Assembly (NCBI GenBank): GCA_019326865.1
Contig: GCA_019326865.1_4101.1
Length of the DNA stretch: 64,000 nucleotides
Direction: 5' to 3' (one strand)
Source: a phage
The notes under the pieces were generated by a model. That model ran no database searches and was not told the origin of the DNA. It worked only from the letters and a program-made list of their open reading frames with translations. Of the stretch, positions 37,858-47,151 are shown piece after piece (the stretch's first letter is position 1; each line of letters starts with the position of its first letter). The translations under genes were made by a program, and so were the position numbers.

Positions 37858-38114
37858 TGTTCAAAACCGACTTATCACATTTTCGATATCTTAGGTCTTT
37901 GGCTGATGATTTTATAAATGATCTTAAGCCAAAATATATTGGTCAAGAAGTACGATTAATAAACTCCAGAGGGTATGGAAAGTATATTATATCGGATATG
38001 TATATTAGTGCAGGTGAGTGGCGTTTTAAAATTAACACTTATCTTAAAGATGGTTCTTTTGCTGGAACACAAGTTACTAAACATACTAATATTATATGGT
38101 TGGAGCAACAATGA
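37857..38114 (+). CDS. hypothetical small protein, FamC
   Basis: 85 aa; 'KPKYIGQEVRLIN'. Confidence 0.5.
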   Translation: MFKTDLSHFRYLRSLADDFINDLKPKYIGQEVRLINSRGYGKYIISDMYISAGEWRFKINTYLKDGSFAGTQVTKHTNIIWLEQQ

Positions 38115-38854
38115 AACACTTTTTAGAAGTAACCGTGCCTGATGATAAAGATTTATATATTGTAGGTGATTTGCATGGTAATGGTAAACTATGGGATGCT
38201 ACAGTAAAAGAATTTGGTATTACACACAATGATTATGTTTTCAGTGTAGGTGATGTTATCGACCGTGGAGAACAAAATTCAAAGCTCCTATTTGAATTTT
38301 TGTTCGGAGAAAATCGTTACATGATTGCTGGAAATCATGAGATGATGTGTGTTGATTCAGAAACACTTCGAGATTGGTATCATTGTTGGATAAGTAATGG
38401 CGGTGATAAATTCCTTGATGAAGTTGGGGGAACAGGCATTCAATTCTTTCGTCAGTACTTGAAAGATTTACCTATGATTATCCAAATCAACCATAGAGGC
38501 TTGAAGATCGGGTTAGTTCATGCTGGAGTTCCTTTGGAATATACAACATGGGAACGATTTGTTAATGGGACAAAATCACTTAGTGCTGATATAGTTGATA
38601 AGTGCTTGTGGGATAGGAAAACATTCGATTATTGTAGAACAAATAATACCTATTATGCACCTAAGTTAGATGGTGTGCATTGTGTCTTTAGTGGACATAC
38701 TGCCGTTACTGATCCACTCATTTATGGTAATCGCATTTGGATTGATAGTCAGTTCTTGACGGGTGACTTAACTCTCGCTACTCCACAAAGTGGTGGGATG
38801 AGATACTTACGTAAAGAAAAAGATGAGTACTCATTCAGTCGTTTCAAAAGGTAA
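38111..38854 (+). CDS. PPP-family Ser/Thr protein phosphatase-like metallophosphoesterase
   Basis: 'GDLHGN', 'GDVIDRG', 'GNHE' signature; ATG 38111 after GGAG. Confidence 0.8.
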   Translation: MKHFLEVTVPDDKDLYIVGDLHGNGKLWDATVKEFGITHNDYVFSVGDVIDRGEQNSKLLFEFLFGENRYMIAGNHEMMCVDSETLRDWYHCWISNGGDKFLDEVGGTGIQFFRQYLKDLPMIIQINHRGLKIGLVHAGVPLEYTTWERFVNGTKSLSADIVDKCLWDRKTFDYCRTNNTYYAPKLDGVHCVFSGHTAVTDPLIYGNRIWIDSQFLTGDLTLATPQSGGMRYLRKEKDEYSFSRFKR

Positions 38855-38859
38855 TAATT

Positions 38860-39129
38860 ATGCATGATGTAGTTAAAAAATATTTGAATGATAGATATAT
38901 CATGGAAAAATCTATTAATTCTATCCTAAAAGATCATGATAATCAAATACGTGAGATTCTATCAAATAAACTTATTGGTTGTTCAGTTGAGTTCAACTAC
39001 AAAAAGAATGTAGTGAAGATTGGAGTTATTAAACGTGTAGTTGCTGTTTATGTCCAAAATGTATATGTTGAAATTGAATATGATGGTAAATTATCACAAT
39101 TAAGTACTGAAGATTTAACATTTTTATAA
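38860..39129 (+). CDS. hypothetical small protein, FamC
   Basis: 89 aa; 'NKLIGCSVEFNYKK'. Confidence 0.5.
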   Translation: MHDVVKKYLNDRYIMEKSINSILKDHDNQIREILSNKLIGCSVEFNYKKNVVKIGVIKRVVAVYVQNVYVEIEYDGKLSQLSTEDLTFL

Positions 39130-39139
39130 GGAAATAGAA

Positions 39140-39367
39140 ATGAAAGTAATTCAAGTTATGGTAGAAAAATACCAAACTGAAGATGGTCGTATTTTTGATT
39201 CAGCTAAACAAGCTGAACATCATGAACGTATTATTTCGGGTACACGTAAAGTGTGTCCTACATGTAATGGAACACAACAAGTGCCGTCAGAAGATTACCG
39301 CAGCTTTTATGCTTGTCCATACTGTGATGGGAAAGGCTATGTAGAAAAACAAGAGGTATGGAAATGA
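39140..39367 (+). CDS. small zinc-finger protein (DnaJ-type CxxCxGxG repeats)
   Basis: 'CPTCNGTQ' and 'CPYCDGKG'. Confidence 0.5.
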   Translation: MKVIQVMVEKYQTEDGRIFDSAKQAEHHERIISGTRKVCPTCNGTQQVPSEDYRSFYACPYCDGKGYVEKQEVWK

Positions 39368-39777
39368 AATTGTATTGCTTAACTAATATGTACTGTCAAG
39401 GTGTCCAAGCTGGTATTCAAGCATTTCATGCTGGTGTTAAACTAATCAAAGAATATGAAGGTACTGCTTTCAGTACTATGATTGATGAATGGTATAATGA
39501 GCACGAAACTATTGTAGTACTAAATGCGGGTGGACATGATAAATTAAATTCTTATTATAAAGACCTTAACAAACAGGGAACAGTTCCGTTTGCCAAATTC
39601 AATGAAGCTGGATTGAATGATGCTATTACATGTATCGCAGTACTGTGTACATCTGAAATGATTGAAGACATGGCTGTTATGCGTATGAATCTTCCTGCTG
39701 GTGATCAGCTAATGCAAGTGAAATATGGTGCATTGTTTGACACACTTAAAGCAATCAGTACGATGAGGACAATTTGA
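39358..39777 (+). CDS. hypothetical protein
   Basis: 139 aa ORF. Confidence 0.5.
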   Translation: MEMKLYCLTNMYCQGVQAGIQAFHAGVKLIKEYEGTAFSTMIDEWYNEHETIVVLNAGGHDKLNSYYKDLNKQGTVPFAKFNEAGLNDAITCIAVLCTSEMIEDMAVMRMNLPAGDQLMQVKYGALFDTLKAISTMRTI

Positions 39778-40976
39778 TGGATTTTCCAGAGAAGTTATTT
39801 GTTGCACGTTCCTATGTAAACCACAACCAAGTTGATGGTTTTATCATTGATGCAACCAAATCACACACAAAAGCATTTGAGACAAAGAAAGAAAGAGCAG
39901 AGTATTGGGCAAAGAAGAACAATCTTCCATCGTTGTTTATTGACAACGTTCCAACCACTGGATTTTGTGTAGTTGATAAATTAACAATTCATGCACGAGA
40001 AACATATTTCACAATCCGTCACCCAGAAGGATTTGAATTTATGATTAGTGCAAAAAACATGAATGATTTAATTATCAATAATGATATCATTAAAGGTGTT
40101 TTTGTAGACCCAATGTTTTTTAACAATAACTTAGAATTGATTAATGGTAAAACAAAAACATTTGCTAAGTTAGTTGAAAAACAAAATAAAAAAGAACAAC
40201 AAAAAGAAACTGTGGCAAGTCTTAAAGTTGGTGATGGTTTCACTTATCTTAAAGAAGATTACTATTACTGCGGTAAAGTACATGCAATTTGTATCAAGAA
40301 AACTAAAGAATTTGCATATCCAGATAAAAGTTCAATATATCATTTAGTTTTTAATAGTACTCGTGGAACTTATGCATTGAATCAACGTTTGGATAATTAC
40401 AATCTGGAACCTCGTGCACTCTTGAATAAGAAGACTACGACAGATGAAGAAATTAAACTTGCTAATGAATTTTGGCAAAGCTATAGAACAAACAGACATA
40501 ACCCATTAGGTGAATCTAACATTCCAGTACTGGTACACAATAAATCATTTAAAGCAAAAGACCTAAAAATTAAATACGAAGAAATAAATGTTGATGACCT
40601 TATGAATAATGGACGTTTTAACGAGAACGTACCATTCATGACTAAAGATAATGAACAATCTTATCGCGTATTTTTTGGTGTAAGTAATAATACAACGCGT
40701 AGTTATTATGGACGTAACGGGGATTATACTATTCATTATATTGATAAATTTGAACGCTTTAGTGCATACCCAGTTCAAATTGATGATAATGGAATTATGT
40801 CAATGGATGTTGATATTAATGAGCACACATCATTTAGTACATGGAATGGTTATCGTTCTCCATTCTTTCCACCAAATGAACGCAAAACATCAAGTACTCG
40901 TTACTATCAGGATAAACCATGTCACGTCCAATTATCAATTAGCAATCCACTTTTTATTGGAAAGTATTATCTATAA
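39777..40976 (+). CDS. hypothetical protein
   Basis: 399 aa; ATG 39777 overlapping upstream TGA. Confidence 0.6.
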   Translation: MDFPEKLFVARSYVNHNQVDGFIIDATKSHTKAFETKKERAEYWAKKNNLPSLFIDNVPTTGFCVVDKLTIHARETYFTIRHPEGFEFMISAKNMNDLIINNDIIKGVFVDPMFFNNNLELINGKTKTFAKLVEKQNKKEQQKETVASLKVGDGFTYLKEDYYYCGKVHAICIKKTKEFAYPDKSSIYHLVFNSTRGTYALNQRLDNYNLEPRALLNKKTTTDEEIKLANEFWQSYRTNRHNPLGESNIPVLVHNKSFKAKDLKIKYEEINVDDLMNNGRFNENVPFMTKDNEQSYRVFFGVSNNTTRSYYGRNGDYTIHYIDKFERFSAYPVQIDDNGIMSMDVDINEHTSFSTWNGYRSPFFPPNERKTSSTRYYQDKPCHVQLSISNPLFIGKYYL

Positions 40977-40987
40977 AGGAATATACA

Positions 40988-42406
40988 ATGAGCATTTTAG
41001 CAATTCTTGAAAGCATTAAAAATACTAGCAGTACTCTGGGTAAAAAAGCTATCCTTGAACAAAACAAAGATAACCAAACATTACAAAAAGTACTGAAATA
41101 TACACTAGATCCTTCAATTGTAAGTGGGTATAAAAAGCTACCACAAGCTGATGATGTATACCAACATATGACATTAGATGAAGCAATTGATAAGCTAGAA
41201 TGCATTTACAAACGTGGTGTAACCGGAAATGCTGGACGTGACTTCATTGCTTCAGTACTGGGTTCTGTATCTGAAGATGATCAGGAAGTTCTACGAAGAA
41301 TGCTCACTAAGAACCTTGATTGTGGTATTCAAGAAAAGAACTGCAATGATGTGTTCGGGAAAGGTTTTATCAAAGACGAACCATACATGCGTTGTTCTTT
41401 GATTGACAAAAAGACTGCAAAGAACATTAACTTCAAAGATTATGGTTATGCTATATCAGAAGTGAAAATGGATGGTCAGTACTTGAACCACGTTGTCATT
41501 AATGGTTCATTAACTTCTACATCCCGTAATGGTAAACTATACGACTTCCTGGGTTGTCGTGATGGTGAGATGGCAGGTCTTGCTCACATCATCCAAAGTA
41601 AAGATGAACGTTTTAGTAGTGGTGTAGTCTTTATGGGTGAAGGTGTAGTACTGGACAATGATGGAGAAACCATTCTCCCACGCACTACTGGCAATGGTAT
41701 AATTCAGAAAGCTGGAAAAGATAGTATCAGTCAGAATGAAGCAATGCGTACTGTATTTGTTCTATGGGATGTTGTTCCATATGATGCATTTTGTGAAGGT
41801 GTATGGGATGTAAAACGTAAAGAACGTCGCGAGATCTTAGTAGATGCAATTAACGAACTCAGTAGTGATTTTGTTCGTATGGTTGGATTCCGTAAAGTTC
41901 TAAACATCAAAGAAGCATTTGAGTACAATAGTGAACTAATGAACGAAGGTGAAGAGGGTTCAGTACTGAAATGTGAAGATGGTATCTGGAAATCTCACAC
42001 TTCTCCTAAGCAATTGAAAATGAAACTCAAAATGCAACTGGACTTGCGTATTGTTGGTTTCAATGAAGGTGAAGGTAAGCGTAAAGGTAGCCTTGGTTCT
42101 TTACAACTGGAAAGTGCGTGTGGTACATTGAAAGTTAATGTAGGTACAGGTATCCGTGAAAAAGATGCCGAATGGACATTTAAAACTATCTGGGAAAGAA
42201 TGCAAGAACTTATTGGTAAAGTGGTTACAGTTGAGTGTAATGACATTGTATTCGATAAGCGTACTGGTGAACCATCACTATTTTTACCTGTATTTATTGA
42301 ATTTAGATTTGACAAAAACACTTGCGACGATTATACTCGTATCTTAGAAATTCGTGATAGTGCAGTTGAAGTGTTTTCAAACAGTATTATTGAAGCATTA
42401 GGTTAA
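40988..42406 (+). CDS. lig: ATP-dependent DNA ligase (T4 gp30-like)
   Basis: 472 aa; KxDG adenylation motif 'EVKMDGQY'; N-term 'GKKAILEQNKDNQTLQKV' parallels T4 ligase. Confidence 0.9.
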   Translation: MSILAILESIKNTSSTLGKKAILEQNKDNQTLQKVLKYTLDPSIVSGYKKLPQADDVYQHMTLDEAIDKLECIYKRGVTGNAGRDFIASVLGSVSEDDQEVLRRMLTKNLDCGIQEKNCNDVFGKGFIKDEPYMRCSLIDKKTAKNINFKDYGYAISEVKMDGQYLNHVVINGSLTSTSRNGKLYDFLGCRDGEMAGLAHIIQSKDERFSSGVVFMGEGVVLDNDGETILPRTTGNGIIQKAGKDSISQNEAMRTVFVLWDVVPYDAFCEGVWDVKRKERREILVDAINELSSDFVRMVGFRKVLNIKEAFEYNSELMNEGEEGSVLKCEDGIWKSHTSPKQLKMKLKMQLDLRIVGFNEGEGKRKGSLGSLQLESACGTLKVNVGTGIREKDAEWTFKTIWERMQELIGKVVTVECNDIVFDKRTGEPSLFLPVFIEFRFDKNTCDDYTRILEIRDSAVEVFSNSIIEALG

Positions 42407-42425
42407 CCATTTATTGGAGGTAATT

Positions 42426-43217
42426 ATGAAATTTGTCGTAACATCTGATGTACACGGTAGCACTGATTACCTTCATAGTGGGGATTACAGCGATACAGTA
42501 CTGTTCATTGCTGGAGACTTCGATGAAGTTAAACGCAGTCGTTACCGTACTGGTATCGAATCACTATGTAAGCAGTTCAAAAATGTAGTGCTGGTTCCTG
42601 GCAATCACGAATACTATGGTTCTAATATCCACAAAACGCATAAAGTTCTGTCTGACATGCAAGATGAGATTCCCAATTTCATCTTTTTGCAAAACAAATT
42701 TGTATGGCTGGATGGGGTACTTCTTGTTGGTAGTACTCTGTGGACAGACTTCGATAAAGGTAACTCTTTGACTAAGTTTGATGCTCGTCAGAAGATGAAT
42801 GATTATAAACATATCCGTCATGGAACAACATCCGAGCCTTGGCGTAAGAAGTTGACACCAGATGATACGGAGTTCATGCATTATAAAGATAAACAATTTA
42901 TTAAAAATTCTATTGACACGGCTCGCTTTATGCATGATAATGATTTCAAGGTAATTGTGATTACACATCACGCACCAAGTTATCAAAGTGTTTCACCAAA
43001 ATATAAAAATGATTCCCTGAATGGCTGTTACTGTTCAGATATGGATCAGTACATTGAAGATTTGGGTGCTGATATTTGGATTCATGGTCATGTTCATAGT
43101 AGCTTTGACTACCACATTGGTAAGACACGTATCATTTGTAATCCACGAGGCTATGAATCGTACAGTGGTGCTTGTGAAAATTTTGATTACAATCCTAAAT
43201 TAGTATTTGAAATTTAA
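42426..43217 (+). CDS. calcineurin-like metallophosphoesterase
   Basis: 'SDVHGS', 'GDFDE', 'GNHEYYG' motifs; ATG after GGAGG. Confidence 0.75.
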   Translation: MKFVVTSDVHGSTDYLHSGDYSDTVLFIAGDFDEVKRSRYRTGIESLCKQFKNVVLVPGNHEYYGSNIHKTHKVLSDMQDEIPNFIFLQNKFVWLDGVLLVGSTLWTDFDKGNSLTKFDARQKMNDYKHIRHGTTSEPWRKKLTPDDTEFMHYKDKQFIKNSIDTARFMHDNDFKVIVITHHAPSYQSVSPKYKNDSLNGCYCSDMDQYIEDLGADIWIHGHVHSSFDYHIGKTRIICNPRGYESYSGACENFDYNPKLVFEI

Positions 43218-43229
43218 TAAGAGGATATT

Positions 43230-43613
43230 GTGTCATTAATTTATTTTGAACTACCAGAATATACCAATTATCCAAGCCGAGTTATTTGCTCAATATATAG
43301 TAATGCATATCATCACTTGTTATTGAATAGTAATAAAGCTGTGCATTATTATCGAGATAAAGAACCAATTATATTAAAGAATCGTTATGGATTTAACTCA
43401 ACTGATCCTGAAGTTAAACTCTGTGATTTATCAGGGGAAGTGTTGGTTGTGATGAAATGTGATACTAATCTTTTCCATACATACAAACTTAATCAGTACT
43501 TTATGGAAACACTTTCTATACGTTCACATTCTCCGATGATTAAAGTTGATTTGAATGATGTTGAAGATAAATTGAAATACGATTTTATTAACTCAATTGT
43601 GTATTTGGAGTAA
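43230..43613 (+). CDS. hypothetical protein
   Basis: GTG start after AGAGGA; 127 aa. Confidence 0.5.
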   Translation: MSLIYFELPEYTNYPSRVICSIYSNAYHHLLLNSNKAVHYYRDKEPIILKNRYGFNSTDPEVKLCDLSGEVLVVMKCDTNLFHTYKLNQYFMETLSIRSHSPMIKVDLNDVEDKLKYDFINSIVYLE

Positions 43614-43614
43614 T

Positions 43615-44019
43615 ATGAATATGCGTTCAGTACGAATATTTTCATTTGTTGATAAGAATGAAAAACACTCTTATGTGTTTGAAAGTGTCAATAAGTTAAA
43701 TCCACATACATCAAAAATGCTTGAAACAATGAAAATCTTTAGTTGGCAGATAGAACAGTACTGTCTCCATGATGATTCTGTTTTTATATATGATGATGGA
43801 TGGTATGACGGTGTATTTTATGAGGACATTTTCACATCAGCAGATTACTACTTTCTAGTGAGTAATCCACTTTTCAGTACTAACACGTTGTTTGACATTA
43901 CCATTTCAAACGCGTATGAAACAAGTCATGTTGAGTTACTTAAGTTTGATCCCGTATTATTCAATAAAGAAACAGCTTACTGGATGACTGATTTCTTTTC
44001 AAATATTCCAGTAAAATAG
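43615..44019 (+). CDS. hypothetical protein
   Basis: ATG 43615 after GGAG; 134 aa. Confidence 0.5.
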   Translation: MNMRSVRIFSFVDKNEKHSYVFESVNKLNPHTSKMLETMKIFSWQIEQYCLHDDSVFIYDDGWYDGVFYEDIFTSADYYFLVSNPLFSTNTLFDITISNAYETSHVELLKFDPVLFNKETAYWMTDFFSNIPVK

Positions 44020-44020
44020 T

Positions 44021-44049
44021 TTGGACATTTTAAATCTTAGTGATATAAT
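44021..44049 (+). promoter_or_regulatory. sigma70-like promoter (TTGGAC-17-TATAAT, extended TG)
   Basis: TTGGAC 44021-44026; TGATATAAT 44041-44049; upstream of clpP. Confidence 0.6.
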
Positions 44050-44083
44050 ACTCACAACAACGAAATAATAGAGGAAATTAATA

Positions 44084-44779
44084 ATGGTTGAACAATTCAA
44101 TTTTGGTGGTTATGCTAATGGTGAAGTAAGTAACATTTCTATTCCGTATGTAGTTGAAAAAGTTAATGGTTCAGAGCGTACATATGATCTAGCATCTCGT
44201 ATGATGCAAGACCGTATCATTTTCCTTGATACTGATTTCAATGACCAGATGGCACATATCATCAAACAACAATTGGTGTGGTTAGACTCACAAGGTGATT
44301 CCCCTATTACATTCTATATTAGTTCACCAGGTGGTTCAGTACATGCAGGTTTGGGCATCGCTGATATTGCTAAATCTTGTGTATCACCAATCCGTACTGT
44401 AGTAATGGGTTATGCAGCATCAATGGGGTGTTATACACAATCTGTTATTGGGACTAAAGGTTTCCGTTTGGGTGGTAAACGTTCCTACTTCATGTGTCAC
44501 CAAGTAAGTTCTGGTACGAAAGGTCTAATTACTGACCAGAAAATTTCACTTAAACATTCTGATGAACTGAACACGTTGCTGACGAAAGAAATCGCTGAAG
44601 CTGTTGGCGTTTCTCATGAACAACTACTGAAAGATGCAGACCGTGATTTGTGGTTGAATGCTGAAGAAGCACTCGAATATGGTGAAAAAGGATTTATCGA
44701 TGGTATTATCCTTGGACCACGCAACGAGAAAGGTCAATACCTAGTCAAGCGTCGTGGTGGTGTTGAAGAGTGGGTTTGA
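44084..44779 (+). CDS. clpP: ClpP-family serine protease
   Basis: 'SSPGGSVHAGLGI', Ser in 'GYAASMGC', His in 'MCHQVSSG'; strong promoter at 44021-44049. Confidence 0.85.
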   Translation: MVEQFNFGGYANGEVSNISIPYVVEKVNGSERTYDLASRMMQDRIIFLDTDFNDQMAHIIKQQLVWLDSQGDSPITFYISSPGGSVHAGLGIADIAKSCVSPIRTVVMGYAASMGCYTQSVIGTKGFRLGGKRSYFMCHQVSSGTKGLITDQKISLKHSDELNTLLTKEIAEAVGVSHEQLLKDADRDLWLNAEEALEYGEKGFIDGIILGPRNEKGQYLVKRRGGVEEWV

Positions 44780-44834
44780 TTTAGTGATGATTACACTTTA
44801 TACCCACATTGTGTGGTATTTCTAAGGAGCAAAA

Positions 44835-45131
44835 ATGACAAAAACTTTAGTTCGTAATAATTCAGCACAAGAGGCTGATGTTCTTGAAGATTCAGAATTC
44901 ATCACTGTTGCACTGGAACAAATTAGTACTCAAGCATTGGCACTAAAAGATACTACACAGTCAGAAGACCTACTGGTTGGGATGGCTAATATCCTTGAAC
45001 TAATGCAGGAAGTTCTAGTAAAGAACAATATTACACCAATTGATGCAGTACAATATGCTGCAAATCTACGAGCAGAATTCGGTTCATTCTGTGATAAGAA
45101 ATATATCAGCACTGAAGAGGAAAAAGAATAA
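44835..45131 (+). CDS. hypothetical protein
   Basis: 98 aa; AGGAG RBS. Confidence 0.5.
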   Translation: MTKTLVRNNSAQEADVLEDSEFITVALEQISTQALALKDTTQSEDLLVGMANILELMQEVLVKNNITPIDAVQYAANLRAEFGSFCDKKYISTEEEKE

Positions 45132-45132
45132 T

Positions 45133-45579
45133 ATGTCTAATGCACAATACAAAGAAGGTTCTGCCGCGTTTAAAAACAAAGTAGTTTTTAACAATGAACA
45201 GCTAAAATCACAGCACCCACTATTCCGTCAAGGTTATCGTGCTGCACAAGCTGAAGCAATGAAGAAAAGTAATGTGACATTCCCAACTACATTATATGAT
45301 ATTCCTAAACGTCCACATATTTTTAAAGCAGAATGGACTGATATTATGGCAGCGACAAAGCGACCTCGTTTTGCTAAACTTCATACTGATCAAGGACGTT
45401 GGCTACTAATTGGTATTATGAAAGCAGTAGAAAATCAATCACATAAGATTTCCCGATATAAAGATGTTATTGCTATGGTCGATAAAGCATTTGATCTTGT
45501 TCTGCAATATGGTTATGACGAAGGTGTTCTAACTGTTGCTGATTGTGAGCAATATCAGTACACTCCATATCAAAAATGA
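45133..45579 (+). CDS. hypothetical protein
   Basis: ATG 45133 preferred over overlapping 45040; terminator downstream. Confidence 0.5.
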   Translation: MSNAQYKEGSAAFKNKVVFNNEQLKSQHPLFRQGYRAAQAEAMKKSNVTFPTTLYDIPKRPHIFKAEWTDIMAATKRPRFAKLHTDQGRWLLIGIMKAVENQSHKISRYKDVIAMVDKAFDLVLQYGYDEGVLTVADCEQYQYTPYQK

Positions 45580-45587
45580 TATAAAAA

Positions 45588-45620
45588 ATAGGAATCCCAC
45601 ACAAGGATTCCTATTTTTAT
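45588..45620 (+). terminator. rho-independent terminator
   Basis: ATAGGAATCC-CACACAA-GGATTCCTAT then TTTTT. Confidence 0.8.
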
Positions 45621-45670
45621 TATTGCACGTCAAATTGGATTCATTGATGTTTATAATCTAGAGGGACATA

Positions 45671-46195
45671 ATGAAATATACACACCTAAGTATAGATGAT
45701 ACTAATATCTGGTTAGATAACATAATCAAGACATTAGAATTAATTAAGCTTACATTACAGAAATCAATTGATATTGAAACTAATATTAAACACGAAATAT
45801 TAAATTATTATCACAAAAACAAATATTGTAAGTTTTTCTCTAAATTAATTTATGGATTATATGATAGTGAAGATATTTGTATCGGTTACAGTACTGGTAT
45901 TTGCTTTACAATTAATGGTCTTATGAATGATTTAAATTTCCGTCTTTCAGAAGAACAGCGAAATTTTCGTCTATTTTGTAAGGATATTATGGATGAAGAT
46001 GAAATATCATTTGTTGTTGAATTGAATAGAACATGGTCTACATATGCAGATAAACCATTTGAAATCAATGAAACCGATGTGTTAAACTATTTTCGAGTTA
46101 TGAAAATTCATGATTTGTGTAAAAACGCATTGTTAAGTATTGGAGCTTATAATGAAACATACGACTTGGTTGAAGATAGCAGAAGTAGTTGCTGA
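45671..46195 (+). CDS. hypothetical protein
   Basis: 174 aa; GAGGG RBS. Confidence 0.5.
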   Translation: MKYTHLSIDDTNIWLDNIIKTLELIKLTLQKSIDIETNIKHEILNYYHKNKYCKFFSKLIYGLYDSEDICIGYSTGICFTINGLMNDLNFRLSEEQRNFRLFCKDIMDEDEISFVVELNRTWSTYADKPFEINETDVLNYFRVMKIHDLCKNALLSIGAYNETYDLVEDSRSSC

Positions 46196-46631
46196 AGAAA
46201 GTAAATGTATTTCACAAAAAGTTGGTTGTGTTATTGTTAAAAATAATCGAGTATTGAGTACTGGATATAACGGTACACCATCAAAGCAACCTAACTGTTG
46301 TGATGTTAATAAACATCTCGTAAACAATGGTCAATTTCAAAATTGGATTGATGACGATGCTAAACACTTACATCACGAGTGGAGTAATATTCATGAGATC
46401 CATGCAGAAATGAATGCATTACTATATAGTTCACCACAAGAACGTCAAGGTGCAACACTTTACACCACACTCCAACCGTGCTATACTTGTTCTAAGTTAA
46501 TTGCCGGTAGTGGTATTTCTCGTGTAATTTACGAAAAATCGTATCGTCGTACTCCACCAGAAGCTATTAAAGTACTGGAAGATGCTGGAATTATTGTTAA
46601 TTGCATTTATGATAAGGGTCTTGATAAATGA
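46152..46631 (+). CDS. cd: deoxycytidylate (dCMP) deaminase
   Basis: 'HAEMNAL' and 'PCYTCSKLI' zinc-binding motifs; ATG after GGAG. Confidence 0.85.
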   Translation: MKHTTWLKIAEVVAEESKCISQKVGCVIVKNNRVLSTGYNGTPSKQPNCCDVNKHLVNNGQFQNWIDDDAKHLHHEWSNIHEIHAEMNALLYSSPQERQGATLYTTLQPCYTCSKLIAGSGISRVIYEKSYRRTPPEAIKVLEDAGIIVNCIYDKGLDK

Positions 46632-46885
46632 CAGTAATAATTATTATTGCTTTTCTAATAACAGTGTTTTTTATTTTTATGTTATATATAGTTGCTATGG
46701 ATGAACCTAATAGTTCTTTTAGAAATTATGAAGTTCGTTTTTCTGCACAAAATAATAAGTACTATATTGTAAACTGTGTACATTGTAGTGAGAAAAAGGT
46801 AACTGGTAGGTTTGGGTTTACAATTTATTATAAAGATCGAGTAGAAGCTGATATGGTTTGTCAAAAACTTAACACAGTAGAATAA
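46628..46885 (+). CDS. small membrane protein
   Basis: 85 aa; N-terminal TM 'VIIIIAFLITVFFIFMLYIVAM'; bidirectional terminator follows. Confidence 0.5.
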   Translation: MTVIIIIAFLITVFFIFMLYIVAMDEPNSSFRNYEVRFSAQNNKYYIVNCVHCSEKKVTGRFGFTIYYKDRVEADMVCQKLNTVE

Positions 46886-46912
46886 AAAAAGGAGCCGCAT
46901 GGCTCCTTTTTT
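46884..46912. terminator. bidirectional rho-independent terminator
   Basis: AAAAAAA-GGAGCC-GCAT-GGCTCC-TTTTTT between convergent genes. Confidence 0.75.
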
Positions 46913-47111
46913 ATGTTTTTACGTAAGATGTATAGATCATTATGTAATTTGATTTTGTTAATCATATACATAGTACAAAAACCTTCAACATCTGCTTTTT
47001 CATCTTTCAATTTAATGAAGAAAGTATCATCTCTTAGACTTTCATCTGAATTTTCGATACTATCAATAGAAAAAGGAAGTCTTCCGGTTAATGTAATTAT
47101 TCTTCTCTAAG

Positions 47112-47135
47112 GAAAGTGCATGATAATTATCATGC
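47112..47135. repeat. 24-bp perfect palindrome AGTGCATGATAATTATCATGCACT
   Basis: 17 nt downstream of the stop of minus-strand gene 47152-49824. Confidence 0.6.
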
Positions 47136-47151
47136 ACTATATTATTAAAAA

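Noticed and set aside
46913-47110. 65-aa + strand ORF between the bidirectional terminator and the minus-strand gene
   Set aside because: It starts immediately after a terminator with no RBS and overlaps the 3' palindrome region of the convergent gene.
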